From positions 833 to 64,832 of the forward strand of contig CAIRNJ010000013.1 of the NCBI GenBank assembly GCA_903879915.1: a stretch of DNA of 64,000 nucleotides, read 5' to 3'. This DNA is from an uncultured Elusimicrobia bacterium. GTDB taxonomy: Bacteria; Elusimicrobiota; Elusimicrobia; Elusimicrobiales; UBA9959. Of the stretch, positions 1 through 7,769 are shown piece by piece. Position 1 is the stretch's first letter. Each line of letters begins with the position of its first letter. A program made the translations under genes and the position numbers. The notes below the pieces were generated by a model. That model worked only from the letters and a program-made list of their open reading frames with translations, had not been told where the DNA came from and ran no database searches.

Positions 1-22
1 TCCCGGAGAGGCTAGACTATCA

Positions 23-1075
23 GTGAAGGGACGGCAGCGGTTAGCGCCGGACCGGATAGAGAGAGCGGCGGAGACGGGAGAAAATATAAAAAAGCGGATA
101 CTGGCGGCGATGATCCTGGGGATAGCGGTCTCTGGCGGCACCTGCCGCGCGGGCGGAGCAGCGTTAGGCGCCCTCAGCGCCGGCTCGAAAACACCGGAAG
201 TCCCGGCCGCGGCCGTGCCCGCACCGGAGCAGAACAGCGTTCTGGCAGACACGCTGCGTTCAGTGGCTTCGGACGTGGTTTTCCTTAAGGAGCGCGGCTT
301 CAAGGGCGAACTGAACCCGGCCTTCACCAAGCTGCTGGTGGACCGCCACTATAAAGCCGCCGGCGCGGACCGGGCCGCCATAAAGGCTGAGCTGGACAAA
401 CTCTACCGCCTGCTGGGCGCGCGGCCGGTCAACGAGGCCGCGCTCGCGGCACAGTATCCGCGGACGGTGTCCGCGGCCGGCCGTATAGACTGCCTGGATG
501 AAGCCCTCAGGGATGAACTGGCGGACATCAACGGCCGGCTCGTCTGGCTGCGCCAGGGCGCCGAACTCTATAACCTGAAAGAGCGGAAGCAGGAGGAAGG
601 CTGGTTCTACGCCAGGATGGTGGAGGAGCTGGAGGACCTGGCCTACGCGAAGCGGATCGGCTACCCGGGGGTAGACCTGGACGTTCTCACTGAGCGGCTG
701 GCAGGCAGGCACTACGCGCAACGCTGCACTGACCGCGCCGCTATCATAGCCGCGCTGGATGCCATGGACGCGAAACTGGCCGCCGCCAAACCCGGCCTCC
801 AGGCCATCAAGGCCGCCTATCCCGGGTTCATACGGACCGTCTCGAAAGTGGATCCGTTCGACAAGGAGCTTATGGACCGGCTGTATGGAACGCATAACCG
901 CGTGGCCGATATCGACGACGGCGAGCTCTCGCTCGGTATGATGTTCGATCTGATGGACGTACTCAAAGAGAAGAGCTCCAAGTCCCAGTGGTTCCTGCTG
1001 GACCTGTTCAAGTTCTACCTCGAGCCGAGCCTGCAGGAGGGCATACAGAACCTGCAGGCGATGGGCGCCAGGTGA
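23..1075 (+). CDS. hypothetical membrane-anchored/exported protein with two internal ~110-aa repeats
   Basis: 350-aa ORF with GTG start; hydrophobic N-terminal segment ILAAMILGIAVSGG; duplicated block RHYKAAGADRAAIKAELD...YPRTVS / RHYAQRCTDRAAIIAALD...YPGFIRTVS; no family recognised. Confidence 0.5.
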   Translation: MKGRQRLAPDRIERAAETGENIKKRILAAMILGIAVSGGTCRAGGAALGALSAGSKTPEVPAAAVPAPEQNSVLADTLRSVASDVVFLKERGFKGELNPAFTKLLVDRHYKAAGADRAAIKAELDKLYRLLGARPVNEAALAAQYPRTVSAAGRIDCLDEALRDELADINGRLVWLRQGAELYNLKERKQEEGWFYARMVEELEDLAYAKRIGYPGVDLDVLTERLAGRHYAQRCTDRAAIIAALDAMDAKLAAAKPGLQAIKAAYPGFIRTVSKVDPFDKELMDRLYGTHNRVADIDDGELSLGMMFDLMDVLKEKSSKSQWFLLDLFKFYLEPSLQEGIQNLQAMGAR

Positions 1076-1095
1076 ACGGCCGGGCTCCCTGGCGT

Positions 1096-1151
1096 CACGG
1101 TTTCGGGTTGCGGGGAAGAGGGGTTTATCCGGCGGGCCGCAGGCGTGTTCA
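1096..1151 (-). mobile_element. short remnant of the C-terminus-coding end of an IS91-family transposase gene
   Basis: 1128-1151 is identical over 24 nt to 6534-6557 (tccggcgggccgcaggcgtgttca, minus-strand EHACGPPD); the ~30 nt to its left resemble 6505-6533. Confidence 0.45.
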
Positions 1152-1189
1152 GCTAGCTCCAAGCAAAGAGAGCCCGCCTGGTAAAGGTG

Positions 1190-2026
1190 TCAGGGGGTTA
1201 TGTCGCTTTTGCCCCAGTGCGCCGTGAACGCGGAGGCATCGCCAACCGGCGCCAGCCTGGAAGGGGCGCATTCGGGGCGCGACGCGGGCGGGGTCTTGTA
1301 TTTATGGGGCCATTCATGGTACCCGGCTTCCGACCAGTCGATCTTATTATCGGCTTCTCCGGGAAATGCGCTGTCGCCCTTGCGCGCGAGATTTTTGTAG
1401 TAGTACATTAAATACGCCCTGATCTTTAATTTAGACCAGACGAGCGACTTGCCGCAAAGGCGCGTCATCGCTCCCCACATTATGTAATTAACCTCTTCGT
1501 TTCTATAACATTTCCCGTCTACCGCCAGGGTCATCCTGCACTTTCCCGCCAGCGGCAGGCTGCCGCTCAGGACGGATGGGTACCCCAGGTCCGGGCGAAG
1601 GTCCTGGATGTCCCAGGCGGTTATCACCGCTCGCTCAGTGCCCATATCCAGCGCGGCGCAGTTTTCCTCCCGCAGGGCAGGCGGCCAGGAATTATAGGCG
1701 GCGTTAATTCTGTCAAGGAAGCCGCTTAAAGGCCGGGTAATATCCGGGCCGCAATCCCCGGCGGCGCCGGTCTTTGCCATGGAAACATCCTTGTTGCCGC
1801 CCGATCTCTTGTATGCGGGGGAAGGCGGGGGCGGTGCTTCTCCGGCCGGAGCGGAATTGGCCAGTACATCTAACGCGCTGCCGGAATTGACGGCATCCCT
1901 CAGGTCGGAAGGATGATGGACGTAATTGCCGCGGCTGGGGATATAATACGCCGCCGACAAGATAAGGAACATGAAAACGGCCGGTACCCGGGCACACATA
2001 AACAGCCTCCGCGTCCTGCGATCCAA
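1190..2026 (-). CDS. hypothetical exported protein
   Basis: 278-aa ORF; N-terminal hydrophobic segment VPAVFMFLILSAAYY; Pro-rich linker; several Cys; non-shadow amino-acid composition; no family recognised. Confidence 0.45.
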   Translation of the reverse strand: MDRRTRRLFMCARVPAVFMFLILSAAYYIPSRGNYVHHPSDLRDAVNSGSALDVLANSAPAGEAPPPPSPAYKRSGGNKDVSMAKTGAAGDCGPDITRPLSGFLDRINAAYNSWPPALREENCAALDMGTERAVITAWDIQDLRPDLGYPSVLSGSLPLAGKCRMTLAVDGKCYRNEEVNYIMWGAMTRLCGKSLVWSKLKIRAYLMYYYKNLARKGDSAFPGEADNKIDWSEAGYHEWPHKYKTPPASRPECAPSRLAPVGDASAFTAHWGKSDITP

Positions 2027-2172
2027 GGGAGTCTTCTGTTAATTATACATGGCCGCCCTTGACATGTCAATGACGCCCCCCCCTTTTTTTGGGGCAAAGA
2101 ATTCTTCTTACTTCCAGAGAAAGAAACTGCTGTGGGATCAGAGCTGCCCACCGGCAGCGGGACGCCGCGGGT

Positions 2173-2208
2173 GGCCCCGGCGGGTTTATTTTGCGCGGGC
2201 GGCCGGCG
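2173..2208. repeat. copy 1 of a 3-copy ~40-nt motif (GC hairpin + tttattttgcg.gggcgg)
   Basis: ggccccggcgggtttattttgcgcgggcggccggcg resembles 4847-4888 and 7749-7790; the minus strand would encode ...PAARAK-stop, like the kinase C-terminus KAPSAPAK-stop. Confidence 0.4.
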
Positions 2209-2397
2209 ATGAGATAATTATCCGCGCGGCTTTGTTTCGCCCGGCCAAAGTCTTTAAGACGGGCACGCTGCGCGGGATAACTTCTCCGGACACGGATATC
2301 GTTCAATTGACCTTCACAGGTTTTGAGGAGTTTAAAATAAACCTTGCGGCCATAAGCCGGGAGGACAGAGATCCGCTGTTACAGTTATCGGCAGCGC

Positions 2398-3588
2398 CTA
2401 AAAATAAACCGATACTATCCCTTCGACGATCACTTGCGGGAAGGAGAATTGCTGTAATAACTCTCCGCTCCATACACCGGATACGCCGCCATAACTCTTA
2501 TAATCCTTGCGCGTAAAATTGTAGGCGCCGCGTACCGAGGCCCCTATGCGGGCCTGAGGTTTCCACTCCAGCGCTACAGAGGCGAAATTAGTCCTATAGT
2601 TCACTTTTTCGCTTTCTATACCGCAGTAAGCGCTTCCGCCGCTCTGGCTCTCATTTTTTTCAGAGACGGCAACCGACATTGCCAGCATTCCTAAGCCGGC
2701 CTTCATTTTAAACTTGCGGGAGAGCGGGAAGGAGTGATTTATGGAGACCCTGGTCATGCTGTTCTTCCGATCGCCGCCTTTATAATAATTCGTGACCGGC
2801 CCGGAAGGGTCATAGTTTGAAAAAACACTGCTCCCGCCGCTAAATTTCGCGCTAAGCATAAAAGCCGCGTCAATATCCCAAGCCGGCAGGAAGGTATAAT
2901 TCGCGCCCACGCCCGCATAGGTAAAAGCATCGATACCGTTAGTCGGGATGAGGCGATTCCCCGCGTGGGTAGTCGAATCGCGCGCCTGCAATTTTTTTGA
3001 TTTGACGGGAGCGTACCCGGCGGCAAGATATAACCCTATTGCCTGAGTATCAGGGACCAGCACCAGGTATCGCCCGGCATCCTCGTCAAATGTTTTAACG
3101 GGTATTTCAAATATCTCAGAGCCGAGCATTTCGCCCGTTTCCGCATCGATGAGTTTTGCGGTTACCTGGTAGGAATTGCCCAACTGTACGACGTTCCCCA
3201 GCAGCAGGAGCTTCGCCCCGATTAGTTTCCCTACTTCGGCAGCGGTCCTGGAATCCATCGCTCCGGAAAGCGCGAGTTTCTGTTCTTTAAGTATCTCTTC
3301 AAACTGGGAGCGTTCTGCGATCTTAAAGGTTCCCTGTTTAAGAATGGCGGCGGAAAACAACTCGCTTATAGCAAGGTTTACCCTTTTCATGGCCAGCGGC
3401 TTATCCGCCTGAAAGGGAAAGACCGCGAGCGCGGCACCGCTGAAAATGCGGCCTGAAGACGCCAACTTCTGCGCGGCCTTGTCTATTTTAGAGGAAAGCT
3501 CTTTAGCGCAAAGCGGAACACTGAAGAAAAGCAGTGCGGTAAGTACTGCGGTTGCGGTTCTTTTTAAGAGCATCATATCGTGGTTCAC
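2398..3588 (-). CDS. outer-membrane beta-barrel protein with N-terminal CsgG/LpoB/FlgO-like periplasmic domain
   Basis: 396 aa; signal-like N-terminus; FPF...NLAISELFSAAILKQGTFKIAERSQFEEILKEQKL...LLLLGNVVQLGNSYQVTAKLIDAETGE resembles the CsgG/LpoB-type fold; C-terminal half has alternating beta-strand pattern ending ...VSVYF (aromatic OMP terminus). Confidence 0.55.
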   Translation of the reverse strand: MNHDMMLLKRTATAVLTALLFFSVPLCAKELSSKIDKAAQKLASSGRIFSGAALAVFPFQADKPLAMKRVNLAISELFSAAILKQGTFKIAERSQFEEILKEQKLALSGAMDSRTAAEVGKLIGAKLLLLGNVVQLGNSYQVTAKLIDAETGEMLGSEIFEIPVKTFDEDAGRYLVLVPDTQAIGLYLAAGYAPVKSKKLQARDSTTHAGNRLIPTNGIDAFTYAGVGANYTFLPAWDIDAAFMLSAKFSGGSSVFSNYDPSGPVTNYYKGGDRKNSMTRVSINHSFPLSRKFKMKAGLGMLAMSVAVSEKNESQSGGSAYCGIESEKVNYRTNFASVALEWKPQARIGASVRGAYNFTRKDYKSYGGVSGVWSGELLQQFSFPQVIVEGIVSVYF

Positions 3589-3651
3589 ATTCTTTTTCTA
3601 AGCATGTCACTCACTATCTTTGTCATAGGCAGCGCAGCACATATCCATAGC

Positions 3652-3686
3652 ATTTAAATTGTAATATCAAAGGTCGGGGCAGCTTC
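3652..3686. repeat. partial copy of an intergenic repeat family (see 4028 and 6311)
   Basis: atttaaattgtaatatcaaaggtcggggcagcttc resembles atttattgtaatcccaaaagccggggcagtttcc at 6361-6394. Confidence 0.4.
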
Positions 3687-3817
3687 TTAAAATCCTGAAA
3701 AGCGCCGCCTGAGGGGCTGGCTCTAACTCAGGCTATTCAGCGGGCAGGCTCAGGTGAGCTAAGCTGCCTTTCCCCCCATCTAAACCCCAATTCCCCCTGC
3801 TATCCCCTCTTTACCCC

Positions 3818-4000
3818 TTAATGCCCGGTCTTGCGAAGCACTTTTATTATCACGAACAGCGCCAGGCCGAGGCCAATCAATGTCCCGAAGAAGTACTTCT
3901 CAACATTAGTGGCATTCTGGAAGTTAGCGGAGGTAAAGGCAAAAACAGGGTGATGCCAGAACAAAAGCGCTGCGCACAGAACCAGTTTTTTTAATTTCAT
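3818..4000 (-). CDS. small hypothetical membrane protein (60 aa)
   Basis: Signal-like N-terminus MKLKKLVLCAALLF and a C-terminal TM segment FFGTLIGLGLALFVIIKVL; lies in a lower-GC region; short, so weakly supported. Confidence 0.3.
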   Translation of the reverse strand: MKLKKLVLCAALLFWHHPVFAFTSANFQNATNVEKYFFGTLIGLGLALFVIIKVLRKTGH

Positions 4001-4027
4001 GGGCCGGTCTCCTTAGTACTATAGGAC

Positions 4028-4115
4028 GCTCTTTTCTCTGCTCGAAAATTTTTAAAAACAGCTTCGCACCCGTCTATTTATTATATTACAAAAAACCGTG
4101 TAGTTGGGGTACGCT
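4028..4115. repeat. intergenic repeat, ~85 nt, copy A
   Basis: gctcttttctctgctcgaaaattttt...atttatt... aligns with 6311-6395 (first 26 nt 24/26 identical by eye). Confidence 0.45.
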
Positions 4116-4234
4116 GCATGATAACTCGGCCATTTCCTCGTCCGGCAGCAGCCGGGCGCAGGGGTTTTTGGGACGGGTGGCATAAAAATTGCACTGTTTA
4201 CGCTGAAGATAGAAATGACCGCTTAAAGGAAACT

Positions 4235-4816
4235 ATGAAAAAGACCACGCTAGCGTTTCTTCTGGTTTTCGGCCCGGGAACGGTTTTTTCCCACGCTAAA
4301 GAAACAAACACGGATTTCAATTACCTGCATGGCGCCGAAATTAATAAAACAATAGAAATTATCTCTGCCTCAGCCGTGGCAGCACCCAGCGCTCCTTCAA
4401 TAGATAAGAGCACCCATTCCGCCGAGGGCCTTTTTAACTACAACTTGAAGAGAGAGTATACCTATCAGAACCTTGCGGAAAGGGACGGTAAAGCAGCGGC
4501 CAGGAAGCTGAAAACCGCCGGCTATAAGATCCTGGCGGAAAAGGTACGGCAGAATGATGACGGTACCTGGGGATACAGCATCGAATACGCGACGCCGCCG
4601 GATGCTTCTTCAGAAACTGTTAAGACTTACTGTCTGGCCGGTTTAAACGATTACCGGTATACTTACCAGAACCTGGCGGAAGCGGATGGCAGGGCGGTAG
4701 TCGCTAAGCTGCAGGCTGCCCGCTATATCATCCTTGAACAAAGGGTTCAAATGGAGAACGGCTACTGGAGCTGCTATATCGAATATCTTCCTCCGGCAGG
4801 TGTTTCCGCCGGCTAG
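4235..4816 (+). CDS. hypothetical exported protein with a duplicated ~50-aa module
   Basis: ~193 aa from ATG 4235 (MKKTTLAFLLVFG signal-like; the upstream 39 codons of the track ORF look non-coding); two copies of YTYQNLAE.DG.A...KL..A.Y.ILE..V....G.W...IEY. Confidence 0.5.
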   Translation: MKKTTLAFLLVFGPGTVFSHAKETNTDFNYLHGAEINKTIEIISASAVAAPSAPSIDKSTHSAEGLFNYNLKREYTYQNLAERDGKAAARKLKTAGYKILAEKVRQNDDGTWGYSIEYATPPDASSETVKTYCLAGLNDYRYTYQNLAEADGRAVVAKLQAARYIILEQRVQMENGYWSCYIEYLPPAGVSAG

Positions 4817-4836
4817 CTTGTTCCGGCTTGCGGGAA

Positions 4837-4866
4837 GCCGCCCGGAGGGCCCGGCGGCTTTATTTT
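4837..4866 (+). terminator. candidate intrinsic terminator of 4235-4816
   Basis: GC stem gccgcc(4837-4842)/ggcggc(4853-4858) followed by tttatttt (4859-4866), 20 nt after the stop codon. Confidence 0.45.
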
Positions 4867-4999
4867 GCGGGGGCGGCGGGCGCCTTTGCCCCACGCGCGA
4901 GTCGTCGCCGGCCAGAGGCGGCAGCACCGGCGGCACTTCCAGCGTCATATTGAGATTGCGTTTCTGGGCGGCTATCTTCACGCGCTCGCATATGTCCTG
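4847..4999 (-). pseudogene. internally deleted remnant of a histidine-kinase 3' end (duplicate of 7749-7790 + 8102-8212)
   Basis: Near-identical nucleotide stretches; minus-strand translation VKIAAQKRNLNMTLEVPPVLPPLAGDDSRVGQ matches the intact kinase (7763-9742), then jumps to the tail KAPAAPAK-stop; ~311 bp missing relative to the intact gene. Confidence 0.65.
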
Positions 5000-5142
5000 A
5001 TCTGGTTGAGTTGGGCGCTGAATAGACTAGTGGCAGGGTAGCCTATCTGTTTTCGTCTATTTTGATTGACGGTGCCTCAACAGCCATTCCATTCCTGAAT
5101 ATCCAACTTTATCCAAAAAACCAGGCAGCCTCCGTCCGCCTC

Positions 5143-5192
5143 TTGACGCTTAAAGCTCGGGCTTGATATACTGAATGTAATATATTTATTAC
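5143..5192 (+). promoter_or_regulatory. candidate sigma70-type promoter plus palindromic operator for the MNT/HEPN operon
   Basis: TTGACG (5143-5148), 18-nt spacer, TATACT (5167-5172); inverted repeat gtaata-tatt-tattac at 5177-5192, about 24 nt upstream of ATG 5216. Confidence 0.4.
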
Positions 5193-5215
5193 ACTTGTTA
5201 GTGTAGGTTAACAAT

Positions 5216-5845
5216 ATGACGCCAAAGCTATCTGCTCTTTCCGTACTCAACCAAAAATCCCAGGCGCTGGTCCTGCGTTTCCTCTGGAAAAGCCGCTCTG
5301 AATGGAGCGGCCGGGAGATCTCCCGGCAGACGGGCCTTAGCGCGCCGGCCTGCCACCAGGCGCTTAAGCAGCTCGATGCCCGGGGCCTCGCGCTTTTCCG
5401 GCGCGTCTCCAACGTCCACCTTTATAAAATAAATTCTGATAATTATCTGGTCGAGCACGTCTTCGCCCCGCTTTTTGAAACGGAAGCCGCCTTGCCTGGC
5501 CAGGTACTTAAAACAATTAAAGGATTCCTGGCCGTATATCCGGAGAACAAGAAACTTCTATCCGCTGTTGTGTTCGGCAGCATGGCTACGGGCCGGGAAC
5601 GCCTCAACAGTGACATGGATTTACTTGTCATCACTTCCGACACCGCAAGCGCCGGGGAGTTAGAGCAGCACATTCAGGATCTACGGATGTTGGTTTACAA
5701 GAAGTTCAGTATCCCCCTCTCGCCGTATATTCAACCGCTGGCGGAGATCCGGGCCAAGCTTAAAAAGAAGCTTCCGCTGATCCTCCGGATATTGAAAGAA
5801 GGCCAGAGCATATACGGCAAAGACCTTAAGGAGCTTTTACAATGA
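5216..5845 (+). CDS. winged-helix + minimal nucleotidyltransferase (MNT) domain protein, antitoxin-like
   Basis: 209 aa; N-terminal wHTH-like region (GREISRQTGLSAPACHQALKQLDARGL); NTase signature FGSMATGRERLNSDMDLLV (GS...D.D). Confidence 0.65.
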   Translation: MTPKLSALSVLNQKSQALVLRFLWKSRSEWSGREISRQTGLSAPACHQALKQLDARGLALFRRVSNVHLYKINSDNYLVEHVFAPLFETEAALPGQVLKTIKGFLAVYPENKKLLSAVVFGSMATGRERLNSDMDLLVITSDTASAGELEQHIQDLRMLVYKKFSIPLSPYIQPLAEIRAKLKKKLPLILRILKEGQSIYGKDLKELLQ

Positions 5846-6252
5846 CACCCAGGAAACATAAAACCCGGGACGTCTCGCGCGACCATTACACCACTTACCG
5901 TAAAAAGGCCAAGGAGTTCTTAAACTCAATGGAAGCCTCCCTGCGGGTCAGGGAATGGAACGCGGCTGGGCTTAACGCCGTGCATTGCGCCATCTCTTCG
6001 GCCGATGCGCTCTTGGTTTACAACGCCGGCATCCGCTCCGCCGGCGACTCACATCATGACATTACCTTTCTCCTGGTCCAGCATGTAAAAGATAAAGACA
6101 CCGCCCCGAAAGCCAAGACGCTCTCGAAGATACTCGATTACAAGTACCTCGCGGCCTATGAGGACCGGGAGATAACGGAAGCGGAAGCCCTGGAGCTGGC
6201 GAAGATCACCAGAAGATTCTTCGAATGGATGGAATCCCTGCTGGCCGGCTAG
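5842..6252 (+). CDS. HEPN domain protein (partner of the MNT gene)
   Basis: 136 aa; 4-nt ATGA overlap with the upstream NTase gene; helical HEPN-like pattern (AKEFLNSMEASL...WNAAGLNAVHCAISSADALL...HHDITFLL). Confidence 0.55.
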   Translation: MTPRKHKTRDVSRDHYTTYRKKAKEFLNSMEASLRVREWNAAGLNAVHCAISSADALLVYNAGIRSAGDSHHDITFLLVQHVKDKDTAPKAKTLSKILDYKYLAAYEDREITEAEALELAKITRRFFEWMESLLAG

Positions 6253-6310
6253 CGCCGGCAAAATCTGTAGTAAACATAAGGCCTATTATCGGAAGCTCTT
6301 TCCTTGTTTC

Positions 6311-6395
6311 GCTCTTTTCTCTGCCTGAAAATTTTTCAGAAAACTGTTTCCCTTCCATCAATTTATTGTAATCCCAAAAGCCGGGGCAGTTTCCT
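6311..6395. repeat. intergenic repeat, ~85 nt, copy B
   Basis: gctcttttctctgcctgaaaatttttcagaaaactg...atttattgtaatcccaaaagccggggcagtttcc aligns with 4028-4115 and, in its 3' half, 3652-3686. Confidence 0.45.
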
Positions 6396-6463
6396 GCAAT
6401 TTTAGTATGCTCTGCCGCGCCCAGCAGCTGCAGGGCGTCACAAAATTTTCGGGAGAGCTTATT

Positions 6464-7431
6464 TCAGTCGTCGGCCGGGGCGGGTTCTATTACTTCGTAT
6501 AAGTCACCTTTCGGGTCCGGCTGGCAGTCTTCGTCCGGCGGGCCGCAGGCGTGTTCATATAGCGCCGCTTGAGTTGCTGGCTTAAACTTAGGTAATTCAG
6601 AGGGCAGGCCAAGGTGGGTTAAGAGTCTTACAAGTTCTTTGTCGTTCAGAATAACCGCAACCGGCCTCATTTCCAGTTTGCATTGGGGGCATTATGCCGA
6701 TATCGGCATAAGGGGCAGATAAGCGGGTAGACTTCAAAAATGCGCGCCAGGCAGGCAGCCCAGGAGTTGTTTTTCTTTTGCGGCTTATCATCCCTTTCCT
6801 CCTGTGCAAGCTTCTGCGCCTCTTTTTCCGCCTGCAGCACTACCGCCGGGCGCAGCGGTGACCGGGGAGCGAGTGCGCCATAATAATGAATTAAGTTCTT
6901 ATTAGGCGGTGGCATCAGCAGCGTCCAGCGCCGCAGGAACTCAATGGGCGACATTACTAAGATATCCGACTTTCCCTCCTTGGGCGCTGTGCGGTAGATA
7001 ACCGTATTGGTTTTTTCTGCGTAGACCAATCTCTGTTGTGAAAGCGCAGGCCGCGCGCAATATCCTACCAGGTGCTTAAGGCCTTTCCGGTCACCGGCGT
7101 TAATATTCACCTCTTTATGTATTAAAAACCCTGAGTTCTTCCAGGATAACAGGTCTGCCGCCGCTTCCCGGCTTAAACCACTGGTCCTGCAAATGCGCCT
7201 GATCAGCTTTTTGCGCACTGCCGTTACAATAGCGGCCAGTTGTTCTGCTGTGGGGCAGGCAACCGGCGTAAATGCGAGTTCACGCCGCCCTAGCACATTT
7301 GTTTTTAAATTAAAGACCCCGTCCGAAACCACCGCGTGCACATGGATGTGCAGATTCAGCGACCCGCCGAACCTTTGAATGAAATGAAGCTGCGCCGGGG
7401 TATGGGCGGGGCTGCGAATCCGGCGGGCGTT
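6464..7431 (-). pseudogene. IS91-family (Y2/HUH rolling-circle) transposase, N-terminally truncated and frameshifted
   Basis: Open frame extends above the annotated start to 7431 and reads ...IQRFGGSLNLHIHVHAVVSDGVF (IS91-type H.H...DG motif). The C-terminal zinc-ribbon ...CPLC breaks by frameshift near 6670-6715, and the reading continues in ORF 6464-6670 (MRPVAVILNDKELVRLLTHLGLP). Confidence 0.6.
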
Positions 7432-7740
7432 TCAGCCATTGTTAAAATTCCGATAGATTATTTAGGACTATTTTTGATAGCGGGCTTTCCTCCGGGTTTC
7501 TGGCGCGGTAGCCGGCCTTTTCCCGGCTAGAAGCTGCACGGCAGATACGCCCGGGTTCTTCGGGTGCAATAACCTGCGCCGTATTATCAGACAGCCTTTC
7601 GCCAGCGCACATGCCACCCCCCGGTAATTGCGCACTCTCCAAGACCGTTTATAGCGTAGCAGAACATCCCGACAGCATACTGTCGGGTTTCAAGGAGTTA
7701 TTTTGGGTTGGGGCTGCAACTTTTATCCGGCAGGGTGGCG

Positions 7741-7769
7741 CCGCCGGGAAGGCCCGGCGGGGTTATTTT
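7741..7769. terminator. hairpin + T-tract overlapping the kinase stop codon (plus-oriented terminator-like; copy 3 of the 40-nt motif)
   Basis: Perfect 8-bp stem ccgccggg(7741-7748)/cccggcgg(7753-7760), loop aagg, then ggttatttt; same element as 4837-4866. Confidence 0.4.

Larger units (their letters stand above)
5000..7740. mobile_element. putative inserted island (MNT/HEPN pair + decayed IS91-family transposase) bounded by duplicated kinase 3' sequence
   Basis: Flanked by 4847-4999 and 7749-8212 homologous segments; visibly lower GC in non-coding parts (5000-5215, 6253-6463); contains transposase fragment. Confidence 0.4.

Noticed and set aside
2049-2516. 155-aa plus-strand ORF in the 2027-2397 gap
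   Set aside because: It has an odd composition, spans the kinase-tail/hairpin motif and overlaps the 3' end of gene 2398-3588. It is more likely non-coding.
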